A stretch of DNA of 64,000 nucleotides from Psilocybe cubensis (taxonomy: Eukaryota). A program made the translations under genes and the position numbers. This document shows, in pieces, positions 27,401-39,674 of the stretch (position 1 is the first letter of the stretch; the number at the start of each line of letters is the position of its first letter). The notes below the pieces were generated by a model. The model searched no databases, was not told the origin of the DNA, and saw only the letters and a list, made by a program, of their open reading frames with translations. The stretch lies in contig CM039001.1 of NCBI GenBank assembly GCA_017499595.2, forward strand, positions 2,728,001-2,792,000. The letters are read 5' to 3'.

Positions 27401-27691
27401 CCATAGATTTGCGTTCCGTCGCTCGTTTAGAGTCCTGGGCGGAGCCTGCTTCAGGAGGGTCGATGATAGTTTGGTTTCCCTGCATTCGAATAAGGCACTT
27501 TGCTCCACGAGCCAGCTCTGCATGAATTAACAACAAAAAAGCGACAGGGCAGATAATTCCCAGAGGCGAATAAAGAGATAAGTTTGAGTGAGATTTAACG
27601 TGTGCCAGAGCAACCTTTGCGCACCTCGAGAATTGAGTGGTCGACATCGCACCACGACCTTGATGTTCCCAGAATCCCCTGCTTCTGCCAT
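21421..27691 (-). CDS. kin3: Kinesin-3 (Unc104/KIF1A-like) with motor, FHA and C-terminal PH domains
   Basis: [54 protein letters not shown] (leading into FHA), PH-like C-terminus. Confidence 0.96.
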
Positions 27692-28372
27692 TGTTCAATC
27701 AATGCCCGAGAGCCAGCACAGTGCTCGCAAGCGAGTGGGGGTACGGAGAAAAGGCTGGAGAACGGACTTGGGTTTACGGAGAAAAGAGTCGATAGGTTGA
27801 TGTGGTGAAATTACAAGGAGCGGGACGCGAGCTTGACAACTGTAACTCACGCGTAACGCGCTGATTAGGAAATCTCATAAAAAGATCATCACATGCCCGA
27901 ACTTCGAAGACTCTAACATTAGTAGGTAGTAGATTCAAAGCAAAATGTATTCAGAGAAAATTCTATGTTAGTTTATGCTAGTGCATGCTTTGTACATACG
28001 ACGCGTGCAAGGCAAACGTTTTTCTCAACATTGACAAATAAAATGTCATTGTTGCTAAAAAATTGCTCGTGTTCGACGATCCATTTAACGATAAATTTAC
28101 CGAGTAATCACCTGTGTATCTGTATGTTAACAAAGAAAATCCTTCGCACACCATAAATAATTAACTCGACATACCACTGATCATCGGATACAGCTATTCA
28201 GTATTGCAAAGTTCTCGAAGAACAATGAAGTAGAAAGGCCGCAATGACAATGTAATCCAAGTTGGGCACGAACTGGGCCCAGCGTCCGTATTATTCGAGT
28301 AGTAATACAATGAAGCTATATATACTTTTGCTAGGTGATACAAATGGTCGTGAAGAAAATAAAGTGATGATC

Positions 28373-29189
28373 TTAGAGAAGATCAAAGTCGTCGAGCTGC
28401 AAGGGGTGATTTTAGTTGGGATCTGATCAAGGCCGCGAAGACGCATAGCATACCTCATCATTATATTCCATGATCGTCCTTTTGAGTTTGGAGGAGTCTA
28501 CCCAAGTGACAAAGTCCTCCATGTGTCTGGGGATGGCACACCGTCAATTGACCGACATACCAAAGACGGACTGCTTCTGTTTACCTCGTAACCAGGTAAG
28601 CGGGGTCTGTGATTGCATCGGGACCGACGCGAACATGACCTTGCTCTATGAACTTGACTGCCTGTACATGAGAGAACATGAGAGACAAGATGCGGAGAGC
28701 AAAGAAAGAGACGGACTGCGCTGACAGTCTCTGCCATCTTGGACATGCACATGAAGACGGCGAGCCTTCTCCTGCAAAACGCAGAGACGGTAAGCTTATT
28801 TTCGATGTCGCTTAGTTTCGCCGAGGAGTTTAGGACGCCCATATCATAGAGCTTGGACAAGAGCTGGGCCTCCATGCGACTGCGAAAGGGATCCTGGGCG
28901 GGGAGGAGAGCTACCCTGTGGGCAAAGGCGCGGAGAGAACCACAAAGCTTGTTGTACCTAGACTGTGTGAGGCAAAAAGACTCGATAGAGACGCGAGGAG
29001 ACACACTTGTGATAGTCTTCTCTGTCCTGAATATGATAGCGACGCATAACCTTGATTTCGCGGAGATTTGCATCCTGCTTCCACTGGGAACAGTGAGGGC
29101 GAGGCTGAAGTGGTGAGGAGAGGACTTACATTGAGGAAATCGACCTTTTTGAGGAGCTTTTGCTCGTGGTACTTGAGTTTCCTGACCAT
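28373..29189 (-). CDS. IMP3: U3 snoRNP protein Imp3 (S4 domain)
   Basis: [55 protein letters not shown]. Confidence 0.97.
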
Positions 29190-29441
29190 GACTGAAAAAT
29201 TCCCGTTTGAGGTGGGTGGGGGAGGGAAGCCACGTGTGGGAGAGTGAATGACTGCAACTCGTCCACACGCCATCTGCCTTTTCTGTTCCTCCCTCTTTTA
29301 TCTGTCTGCCCCCCGCCCAGCGCGCCCGTCCTCTCCCTCGCCGCCGTCGCCCTTCTCGTCGTCGTCGCCCCCATCTTTCATGCCCCCCATCTCTCTCGCT
29401 CCCCAACGCACTCTCGCGGCCCCTCTCTAAATCCCTGTCCC

Positions 29442-32400
29442 ATGAACGGCCCTCTTCGTCAGAGTATGCATCCTGCCCCAGGTCTGGTTCCATCTACCGC
29501 CAACATGCTCGCCATCGGCAACCCACCTTTCTTGCAGAACCCCGCACACATGGTCCAGCCGTCACTCAGTCAGGGCATGGGGGTCCCTCCGAACATGAAC
29601 CCCTCCAGTGCGCCTATGGGTATTCTCTCCAATGGCCAAGTGCCTCCAAATGTGACCCCGCGCTATGGCATGCAGTCAAACCCGATGATGCAGCAGCACT
29701 CCGCCCAACAACAGCGTCCGCCCGTCCTTCGCCAACCCCAGAACCCTCCTCATCTCGCCCCCGGAGCCAATCCATCGCTCCAGATGCAGATGCAAAGCGC
29801 CCAGTTTCCGGGGATTATGCAGCAGCAGCCGACTCCCAACAATGCTGTTCGTCGTGTGCCATCTCAACCGCAGCCAATGCCCTTGGGAGCAATGCAGAAC
29901 CCAGCGGCCGCTAATATGGGCATGAACGTGAACATGTCGGGTCTGGGCATGCAGTCCAATATGCCAGCTGCGATGCGCCAGCCTCAGCATCCAAATCAGC
30001 AAAGTATGCGCATGCAGCAGCAGCCGCCATCCATGCAGATTACCGACATGAGAAACCCGCCCCCAAATCAAGGTATGCAGGGAATGCCCCGTGCCCCATC
30101 CACACCGCAAGTTATGAACAGTTTACCACAACCACCTTCTATCGGCTCAATGCAACACAATGGTATGCAGCCTCCTCTCCAACAAAATTCCTTTTCGAAT
30201 GGAGGCCCCATGCCTTCGCAACAACTCTCCCAACCACTCTCTTCCTCTCCCCGGCCGCCTCAGAATCATACCCCCAGCTTGTCCATGGGCACTCCAGGTC
30301 CATCGCAGACCCCTCTCAGTCGCCCACGAATGACGCCGGAAAATTCGTTCATCGGCTATCCACAATTCCCTACCAACCCCTCCCGTATCAACCCCAATCC
30401 ACTAAACTACCCCAACTTTGCCCCTCCTTCGACGCCTCCGGTTCCAATAGATATACCGCAGACCTCGCCGGGCATGATACACTCACAGGGTACTCCGACA
30501 CGGTCATTTCCCACCTCACAACAATTCGAGATACCGATGGATATCTATCCGCCTAATTTCGGCTCTATGCCGCCGCCTTCCTCTGTTCCTCATCCGCGAC
30601 CTCCATCGCTCACTAATCCGCACCCATCTCCGCAACAGCAACCTCCGAATCAACAGCAGCAGCAGGCGTCCTCGTCTCAACAGCAGCAAATGCAACCGCG
30701 TCATCAATCGCCAACTCATATTGATCCTTTGAACCCTCCGCATCCGCAGAGGCCGCAGTCTCAGCCTCAGCAAGGGCCCGGGCGGCCACCATCGCAAACT
30801 GCGACGCACACGCCGCGTTCTTCCCAGATGTCACTACCGCAAGGCCAGGGTTTGAGCAATATGCAAGGGCCGTTAACAGCCATGGGACGGATCCCCACAT
30901 CCCAGCAGACGCACGTTCTTCCTGTAGCAACTCTTCCTACCATGCCATCGAGGCCGCCGATTATCTCAGGCGGTGTACCTCCGCTACCACCATCCGTAGG
31001 CCCTTCCGTGCCAATGCCAAACGACGTAACGCCATCTAGCCAAGCCGCTTTACAGCGAACAGCGGCCCTCAATTCAAAGTGAGATTTTCTGCCTGCTGTA
31101 AGGTATTTGATAGTTTATTTTACTTCCATTTTTCTAGCAATACACACAGTGGCATCTTGAGATTACTTCAGTTTAGTAATGTCCTGTCTGGAGATGCGCC
31201 AAAAGTGAGCGTTTCATTAGTATTAGCCAACATGTTTGCTTATGTCACAATGACAAGAATCAAAAATTTCAGCTGCACTTTTGGAACGAAGTTGTGAAGG
31301 AATATTTCACACCCAAAGCAGTGATGAAGCTCACTTTGTGGAGAGATAACCTGCGGACTGAGGCCAAACCTTTTGGTAAGTCATTGCCCTCCTATCGTTC
31401 GTCGTAGCTGAATTTTTGGGTAGAAATTGGTGTGCCGATCTTGCCCCGATTTTTTCTGGTGACAACGCAATCTGGTGTCAAGTCGATGACATTGACGTTA
31501 GACGGAGCACGCGAACGACCTGTCCCGCCTTTCCAAGGTCGTTCATTCGTTGAATGCATGACTGCTGTATGGACGTACAGATACACCAATGGATACATTG
31601 TGATGTTGAAGGGCCCACTAACTGTTAATGCTATTCTGACCCAGGTCACTCCGCCAAACAGCACATCCCAGGCCCCACAATACATCTGGAAATTTGACGA
31701 CTTTACCTTTGACGCGAACGCGCACGAAAAGTTTATTTCGCTGGAGTACATTCTCGGCAATCGCGTGATCGAATGGACGCCCCCGAGCTACGCGGCGTCG
31801 ATGCCCGGGATGAGCTCGCAAGCGCAGATGCAACAACACCACATCGAAGAGGACAAGCGGTGCGAAGAGCCCAGAGTGTTGATCGACCACGGTTCGATAC
31901 CTGGTGAGCCAGTGAACGCGTTTGGTATTCCCCAGGCGACGATGCGATGCCTCGAGCTCGCGGAAAGCGTCAGTTCCATGGCGGACCTCATTGCGTTTGT
32001 AAACGACACGCAGCTGGGGCCATTAGGTGAGCGTTTTTCCGTCTTCTGTGTGTTGTCGTATATCGCTTCAACGTATTGCATCCCCCACCATCTGCTCTCG
32101 TTTCCCCTTGCTCGCCTCGTACTGAAACAGACGCCTTTTCCCAGATGCGTTGAAAGCATATGCAAATAGAATCCGAGAAACAATGGCGGCGACCGGTGGT
32201 GGGCCGATGCAGCAGTCGCAGTCGCAGTCTATGAACCCACCCCTTCCTCAGACTATGATCACAAATCAGAATACCAACCAGAACAACAACACCAATAATG
32301 GCAATAACAATAACACTGGTAACAGCAACAATAATACATCTCTAGGTCCCCCATATTCGAGTTATCCGTCAACTACTACTATTGGGCAATCGCCCTCTGT

Positions 32401-32746
32401 AACATTATATTCCAGTGCTCCTTCATCTGTTACCAACCCTCAGCCCCCGAACCCCCCATCTTCTATGAACTCGCCACAAAATACCTCATCTTCGTCTTCT
32501 GTAAACTCGCCTGAAAAACAGCTGAAGACGATTCTTCAGCAGCAGCAGATCGGCACTCCAGGTCAGTCGGGGTCTGCCTCATCGCCAGCCGTATCCACTG
32601 GTGGTACGACGAACAACACGCCTGCAATGTCCAACACATCTCTCAAACGGAAGCAGGGCGACGCGTCTTCACCGACTGTTGGAAATTCTGAGCAACAGCC
32701 TGCGAAACGCGGCGCTCGGAAAAAAGGACGGACGGGTACAGGCTAA
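29442..32746 (+). CDS. LIM-domain-binding (LDB/SEUSS/PtaB/Mfg1-like) transcriptional co-regulator
   Basis: Long P/Q/M-rich N-terminus, then GILRLLQF...FWNEVVKEYFT...KPFEIGVPILPRFF...FGIPQATMRCLELAESVSSMADLI (LIM_bind-like), and a basic NLS-like tail. Confidence 0.85.
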
Positions 32747-32865
32747 GACTAAGTTTGAGTGGTTGTTTTCGGGATTTCATTGTTTTGTATGCGCTGGAGT
32801 TTTCATTTTCTATTTTATTTGGTTACTTGTTTTTGCTGACCCCCGCATTCCCCATTCTTCACCCT

Positions 32866-32892
32866 CTTGTTGTTGTTGTTGTTGCTGCTGCT
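32866..32892 (+). repeat. (TGT)n/(TGC)n microsatellite in 3' flank
   Basis: Run of ttg repeats followed by ctg repeats. Confidence 0.8.
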
Positions 32893-33844
32893 GTGTGTGA
32901 CTGAATTAGTATATGAAGTATCTTGCTTTCCGTACCCAATGGCGCTCGTCGACTTTGCTTCTTACATTCTTTTTTAAAAATTGCTTCCTCTTTATGCTTG
33001 AATCATCACTTTTAGATTGTACCCTACTTACGCCACTTGGATCTCTATCTCTTGCTCAGATCTTTTTTTTTTCATTTTTTATTTTCGGCGAGCCACCATC
33101 ACCCACCTAGTTTCTCCTCCCGCTTTCTTATTCATCTTTTCTACGAATTCTCTCTCTCCTTACTTTGTACTTGTATATCCAAATAGCTTGCTGATGTGTC
33201 CAATATTTCTTTCTGCATGATCTTGACATGGACCTGTGTTTATCTCAGTACTCGACGCCCCGAAGAAACGGCGACGTGGAAAATTGACAGGTTGACAGCA
33301 AATCCTAGTCTCGACACTGGTCGGATGCCGAGGCGCTGCATCTGATTGCCAGAAAAGACAGCGAAAATGGAATCGCTTGAACTGCAACCTGGGTTCAGTA
33401 TACATAAGCAGTGATATTATTCCAGCATGTAAACGGAATGTTGGACGTGTTCTGGCGGGAAAAGCGCCAGAGTCGTTCGACCTCGTTCGAAATTCACTTA
33501 GACTCTCTACGGGAAAGATGGATGCGAATCTGGCGCTGCTGAGTATGCTTGTGGTCGAGGGCGTTCCGGAAGGCGTGTATGAAAGTATGGAACAGATGGG
33601 AATGGGACTGAGGCGGTGGCGCCAAGCTCTGGATCGGCAGTGCGGATACAAGTTAGCACTAGTGCAAGAACTTGGAAAAGCGGATTGATTGATAGGTTTT
33701 TTACTGTATTTACATGGCTGATTGGGATGTCCAGCAAGCTCCTATGTACATGGGATGAGAGTTAATTACCACAGAAGAGCTCTGGGGACAAGATATAATA
33801 ATGGTGAATGAATAAACTACGGTATACAGGGATTGCTTGCAATG

Positions 33845-36800
33845 CTAATTGGGGTTCGGGTCATGCGAGAAGTCACACTGGTCACCGTATTTGCATCTGT
33901 TGATTTTGAACGACATCAGTCTCGCGCTTATTTTCAAATTTAGATTCAGATGATGCTCGCCTGCCTGCTGCAAAGAAAGTGCATGGTTTTCTTTTCATAT
34001 ACGGTCTAAAGCCTTCTTCTGCGCGCCCGCGCCCTCGTCCTCGTCCGCGCCCCCCGCGCCCTCTGCCATCTCCCCAGCTGCCACGCCCGTGCTGCGCCTG
34101 CTGCTGCTGCTGCATGTCCGTGTCCTCGTGATACCCGTTTGCACTTCCGTAATCTACCCCATATGGGTTGCTGCTGCCTGATGCCCACCCGGACCCTTCA
34201 GTGCCATTTTGGGCTCCGGCCATGTTGTTTACATTGTACACCGCCAGCTGCTGCAACAACTGCTGGAGCTGGTCCGGCGGCACGGTCTGATACGAGGTGT
34301 AGTCGACGTTCGGGGTAACAACGGGAGGTACATTCGGGGTGATGCCGATCATCGCGTTCGGATCGGCGGGGCCCAGCTGGCCGACCAGCTCTGCGACGGA
34401 CTGGCCGGCGGGGACAATGCCGGTGGTGGGGATGGCGGGGGCGGCATGGACGGCAGCGGGTGGATTGGGGGGCAGGACCGGAGGCTCGGGAGCCCAGAAT
34501 ACGGCATCCATCTCGCCGACGGTCATGTGGGTGATACGTTGCTCGCTTTCGTCTTCGGACATCAGGTTCGTGGGTTCAGCTGGGGAATCAGGGATCTGAT
34601 TGGCCGACATGTACATCGCACTTAGAGCCGTCTGTTCCCTCTCCTCCTGCGTTTTCTTCTCCTCACTTTGTCCGCCCCGCTCTGGCGTCTCCGTTGACAG
34701 CGCCAGTGCTGTTGGTGCATATTCGCATTCCATTTATGATTTGTTTGGTTCGCAGCATCGTTTTTTGTTTGTTTTATAATAAATGACACATATACAAAAG
34801 GGGAGAAAGCAGACATTGTCCGTCAGTTCATTTCGGTGCAAAAATAGTGTGTTCGAGTGATGGATGTGCTTACGCATCGGTTCGGCCCAGTCTCCAGTCT
34901 CTTCAAACAAACGTGAGTGCAGTGCTGCTCCCTCTCCTCGGTCCAAATCGCGAAGGCTGTGCGCAAAATGCGTACCCTAAATAAACACAGAGTTTTCACA
35001 CAAGTCAATGTACTGTACACAACACAGCGCGGAAAGAAAAAATGGCTGACATCTACGGGATCGTCATCATACACCGCGCGCTCAATGAGCTTTATTGACT
35101 CGAGCTGGTCATCGTTCGCCCACGTCACTGTTTTCTTGCGTTTACCGTTCTTACCGAGGCCCGGCTGGCCACCTCCACTACCCCCTTCGCCCGCGTTGGG
35201 GCCCGTGCCAGAGCCTGATCCGGTTGCGGAGGGCGGCGTAGATACAGCGGGCGAGTCTTTCCGCCGATTCATTGACTTCAGCGCCTCCTGGAAGGCGTCG
35301 TACGACGACGACGCCGTCGCGCTCACCGTGCTCTGTCCCATCACACCCATCCCCGAGTCCTCCTTCTTCACCGGCGGCGCCTTTTTAAACGATGGCAACT
35401 TGGCCTTTTGTTTCGGTGCGGAGAAAAAGGACGAGTCGGCTTTTGCGGCGTCTTTGGATGAACCTGCGCCGCTGCCACTGCTACTGCTGCCGGACTGCGA
35501 GGACGACGAGGACGACTTTGAGCTCGATGCAACGGCGTTGGGCTCACGTTTCATGCCTTGCGGTTTGCTCGCCGACGAGGAGCCGACGGCGGCTTTCTTG
35601 GAGGCTTGAGACGGCTTGGGCTGCGCACCGTCCGCGAGCTTCCTCTTCTTCGTCTTCGCATCTGTAATTTAAAAACAAATGCAATTTAATTATATTATTT
35701 CGGACGATGGACTGACATGACTGACCCTCGTTTCCTTTATTTTCCGGGGCTTTCGCGTTGCCCACATTGCCTTCCGCTTCGTTGAGCATGGTTCGCCATC
35801 TCCGCTCCAGGTTGGATGCCATGTCCTTGATCGCTGCATTATGAAAAGAAAGTTTCGTAGAGAAAACGAAGCAAAGAGGGTATGTTAGATACATGTTTAT
35901 TATTTTATACAAAAGACTTAGGGAAAGGGGTGGTGAATGAAAGTATAAATGATCTGTGCTTTTTTTTGTTTCCTGTTTGGTCCATAGATTGGGGCAGATA
36001 GAGTGGAATTCTCTCTTTCTTTTCTGATTTTTGTTTGTAATAAAGAAGCATACCAGACAGTTGTATGTCAAAAAGACAGGCAGGCAAGTGTCTTGTCTCA
36101 GGGGAACCCTATGTGAGTGGAACGTGCGGTGTATGCATGGCTGGCCAGCAGCTGCAGAAATCACGACAGGCAACCTGCCTGCAGATTGTCGATCGCAGAA
36201 ACGGAAGCGACTTGGATACTGTATCACATTGCGACATACCAAGCCGTCAAATTGCCAACACCGAGTCCCATCCAGGGAAGCAAAAGAAAGAGGGGAGATA
36301 GAGAAAACGAAACAACTCGGCTCACCTGGAGAAGGCTCATCCTTAACTAATTTTAAGATGATTTTACCAAGTTTCGATGCTATCAGTGATTCAAAAGTTA
36401 GTGGCAGGCGATCGATGAGCTATCGGAAAAAAGAGGGTGTCAAAAATTTTAATCGATGCCCAGAAAGGAGACCATCTCACGTGTAACAAAGGCATGGTTG
36501 TGTCTACAAGCGTAGTGTTGCCCGTCCTCGCAGAGGCCCTGAGCCACTCACGCGTAATGTCCATCGCGGTCGTGTTCTCGGACCAGGCGCGGTAATAGTG
36601 ATTGCCGGCGCCATCCCGAATGCGCGCGAGAATTTCAAGCCGCATGGCGGCGTCCACTTCGCTCGCGCCGTAATCGGCGATGAGCGATGTGAGCGTGTTG
36701 ACGGCTTGTGCACCGCTGAAAGCGTTGGGCTGCAGGAGAGGTCGGATGGATGCCTCGAACGCGCGTGTGCGCGATTCTCTGGCTTCTGTAGTCAGGCCTT

Positions 36801-37955
36801 GTGACTGTGCGGGGGGTGTCTGACCCTGCACCTGTAGGCCATCGGTGGATGTCGGGGTCGCAGAGCTCGATGCGGCGGAAGTAACTTGCTGTTGAAACTG
36901 CCGTTGTTGGGGTTGGAGTTGCGCTGGCTGCTGCTGTTGTTGTTGTTGCTGGTGTTGGGGAGGTGGGGAAGTCTGTATGGGGGATTGTATTTGGTGTGAC
37001 AAAAAAGTCTGGGGGATCAAGGACGACATTATGGAATTTGTCGGGGAATGCAGTGCCTGAGGGGAAAGCGTGCCTTGCGGAGCGGACGGTTGTGGGCGAT
37101 AATACGAGGAAGCGTACATGAGGTGGCCGTAGAATGGAGGGCTCTGCTGCTGCTGCATTTGTTGCTGCTGCTGGGTCTGCTGAGCTTGTTGCTGTTGGGT
37201 CTGCGGTTGAGAGGGGGTGAAAGAGGGTGAGAGGGCAAAGGAAGATTGCATTGAGCTGGAACTGGGGCCATTGTGAGTCAGGGCTGGGCTATGTAGATGG
37301 GCCCGCCGGTCAGCATATGCGCCAACCGAAGCCAGGAAAGAACGGGGGGAAACGTACTCTATCATCATGTGAGATGTGTTGTTTTGCATCTGGACGGTCT
37401 GGTGGGGAATTTGGGGAGATTGGTGTTGTTGTTGGGGTGACTGCTGCTGCTGCTGCTGTTGGACCAGAGACTGCTGTTGTTGCGACGGTTGAGACTGCTG
37501 CTGCTGCGATGGCTGTGACTGGGATTGCTGTTGTGGTTGTTGTGGTTGTTGTTGCTGTTGCTGCTGCTGCTGACTCTGGTTCTGGTTCTGGTTTTGAGTA
37601 GAAGAGCTGGTGGTGGCACCATTGAGACTAGAGTAATTGGAGAGAGGCACCGACGAGTGCCACGGGGTGCCATATGCCATTGTGTATGGCGAGGAGAGAT
37701 AGTAGCCCGCATATGTCGGGTAAAAGGACTGGGAGACAGAGGCGGGTGCTAGGGGAGAACGGTTAGAAGAGAGGGCACATGATGGGTGGACAACATACCT
37801 GTGAGATCGGTGAGGGTGGTGAACTCGCCGAGTTCGTTGGTGGTGGCGATGGCGGCGAGGTCGACGGGGACATTGTCCTGGATGGGGGACTGTACCCACT
37901 GGTTGTACATGCTCGAGTCCATCGCAGACGCAGTGGGTGTCTGGCGCAGGGACAT
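33845..37955 (-). CDS. PP1 regulatory subunit, PNUTS/Ppn1/Ref2-like (TFIIS-N-like domain, RVxF motif, RGG, CCCH zinc finger)
   Basis: Q-rich N-terminus; helical domain (ITREWLR...PLLHLIDRLPL...SKLGKIILKL); RKKTVTW PP1-docking motif at 35120-35140; RGG box; terminal CTFFAAGRCKYGDQCDFSH. Confidence 0.8.
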
Positions 37956-38076
37956 GCTACTGCCAATTTTTCAGACTCCGCCTGAATCTGGTGTTCCCAC
38001 GGTCACTGAGACACGAAGGTTACAACAAAAGAAAAGAAAAGAAAAAAAGATCAGTCTAGTTGCTTTTGTTTTCGCA

Positions 38077-39120
38077 ATGTCCGCTCTTGCCAACTTTGAG
38101 CGCTCCCGCACAGAGGCACGTTTTCTCTTTTCTTCTCCCTCCCTTGCTCATCTCCCTCCAGTTCACAGCCAGTCTCCACGCCGTCGCAGACTCTCTGCGC
38201 AGCTGTGCCCACATCGCAGAGCACTTTGCCAAGCAGCTCGCAGACGCTGAGTATTCTCCAGAGCTCGCTGACTTTATCAATGGTCCGTGCTTCTCTCCAT
38301 TCTTCCCTGACGCGTCTCATCGCGTCCCCAGACGAGTCCGCAAAGGGAAAGCGCAGGGCCCAGCTCTCCCCAGAGGAGGATGGTGTCAAGAAGCGCAAGC
38401 GCAACTCCAAGCCCAAGGACCCCAACGCCCCAAAGCGTCCCCCTTCGTCCTATATTCTCTTCCAGAATGAGGTCCGCAAGGAGCTCAAGGAACAGCATCC
38501 CAACCTTTCAAACCAGGATCTGCTCACCCTGATCGCTGACCAGTGGAAAAACATGTCCGAGGAGCAAAAGGCGGCAAGTCGCGTCGTTTGTCTTTTTGCT
38601 CCTGCCACTCGTCCTCATCTCTTTTTCTAGGCGTACAACAAGGCCATGCAGACCGCGAAGGACCAGTATACTGAGGAGAAAAAGGCATATGACAACCGCA
38701 CTCCGCAGGAGATAGAGGCCGCAAATGCTGCTGCTGCCGCCGCCGCCTCGGTACGTATCCATGTCCCTCATGCCTGTTGTTTGCGCCCTGGTGCACATTA
38801 CTGACGCTGCCTTCATTCAATTCAAATAGCTCAAAAAGGCAAAGCCCCGTGGTCCGAAACCCGCTGCTCCTCCCGCTCCGGCTGTCAAGGCCCGTTCCCC
38901 ACCTGCTGCACACCAGATGCCCCCAAGCAGCCCAGACACCTCTTCTGAAGAGGAATCGGATGAGGACGAAAGCACTGCACCCATCTTGCAGCGCCCTCCC
39001 GACAGCGACTCGAGCGACGACGAGTCGGAGCCAGAACCAGTTCACAAGAAGCGTCGAGCCGCGTCGCCCCAAGCCAAAGCAGCAACCAAAGTCAAAAAAG
39101 AAAAGGGCATGACAGTATAG
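38077..39120 (+). CDS. HMG-box protein (HMGB/Hmo1-like)
   Basis: KPKDPNAPKRPPSSYILFQNEVRKELKEQHP...IADQWKNMSEEQKAAY; acidic and basic tail; includes a GC-AG intron at 38574-38630. Confidence 0.9.
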
Positions 39121-39674
39121 TGGGTTGTACAACAATTTTTATTTAAACTTCACGACTCCTCAGTACGTGACGGATATCAGATTAGGAAGGATAACTCGGC
39201 GATGCTGGCAAACTCGGAATCATCTCTGGAGGTGGGAGCTAAAATGCACTTTTTGCACTTTGCTTTTTTTGGTTTGGTCTCTCTCTCTTTTTGTTGTTTA
39301 TTTTATCCTCTTGTGTTGCTTCGTTATTTTATCGTCTTTTGATATAATGCCTGTCTCACCAATCCTGTTTCTATATTACTGTAGGTTTTATATGTCCACC
39401 GACCTACTACCATCCCATATTTTTTTCTTTATTTCTTGGCGGTGGTCCGGCTTGGGCACCGATAATCATAATTCAGTGCATGACGATAGCATTAAATAAC
39501 ATAGCCTCGTAATGAGCTTTTTTGAATTCTCGGGCGGACAAGAATCACGATGACAATTACGCCGAACCGGCAAAAAACTGCGTGATCCTGTGCAGAATAG
39601 CCTGTATAATAAGCCTTTACCAAGCTTTTACCGTCCTATCAACCGTTTCTTTCTCTCTTGCCATTACACACGAC

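Noticed and set aside
28498-29493. 331-aa minus-strand ORF
   Set aside because: Read-through of IMP3 exons, introns and the promoter; the real gene starts at 29189.
36040-36270. H/ACA snoRNA in the long PNUTS-like intron
   Set aside because: Two hairpins and a downstream ACA are present, but I found no clear ANANNA H box between them; kept only as an alternative in the finding.
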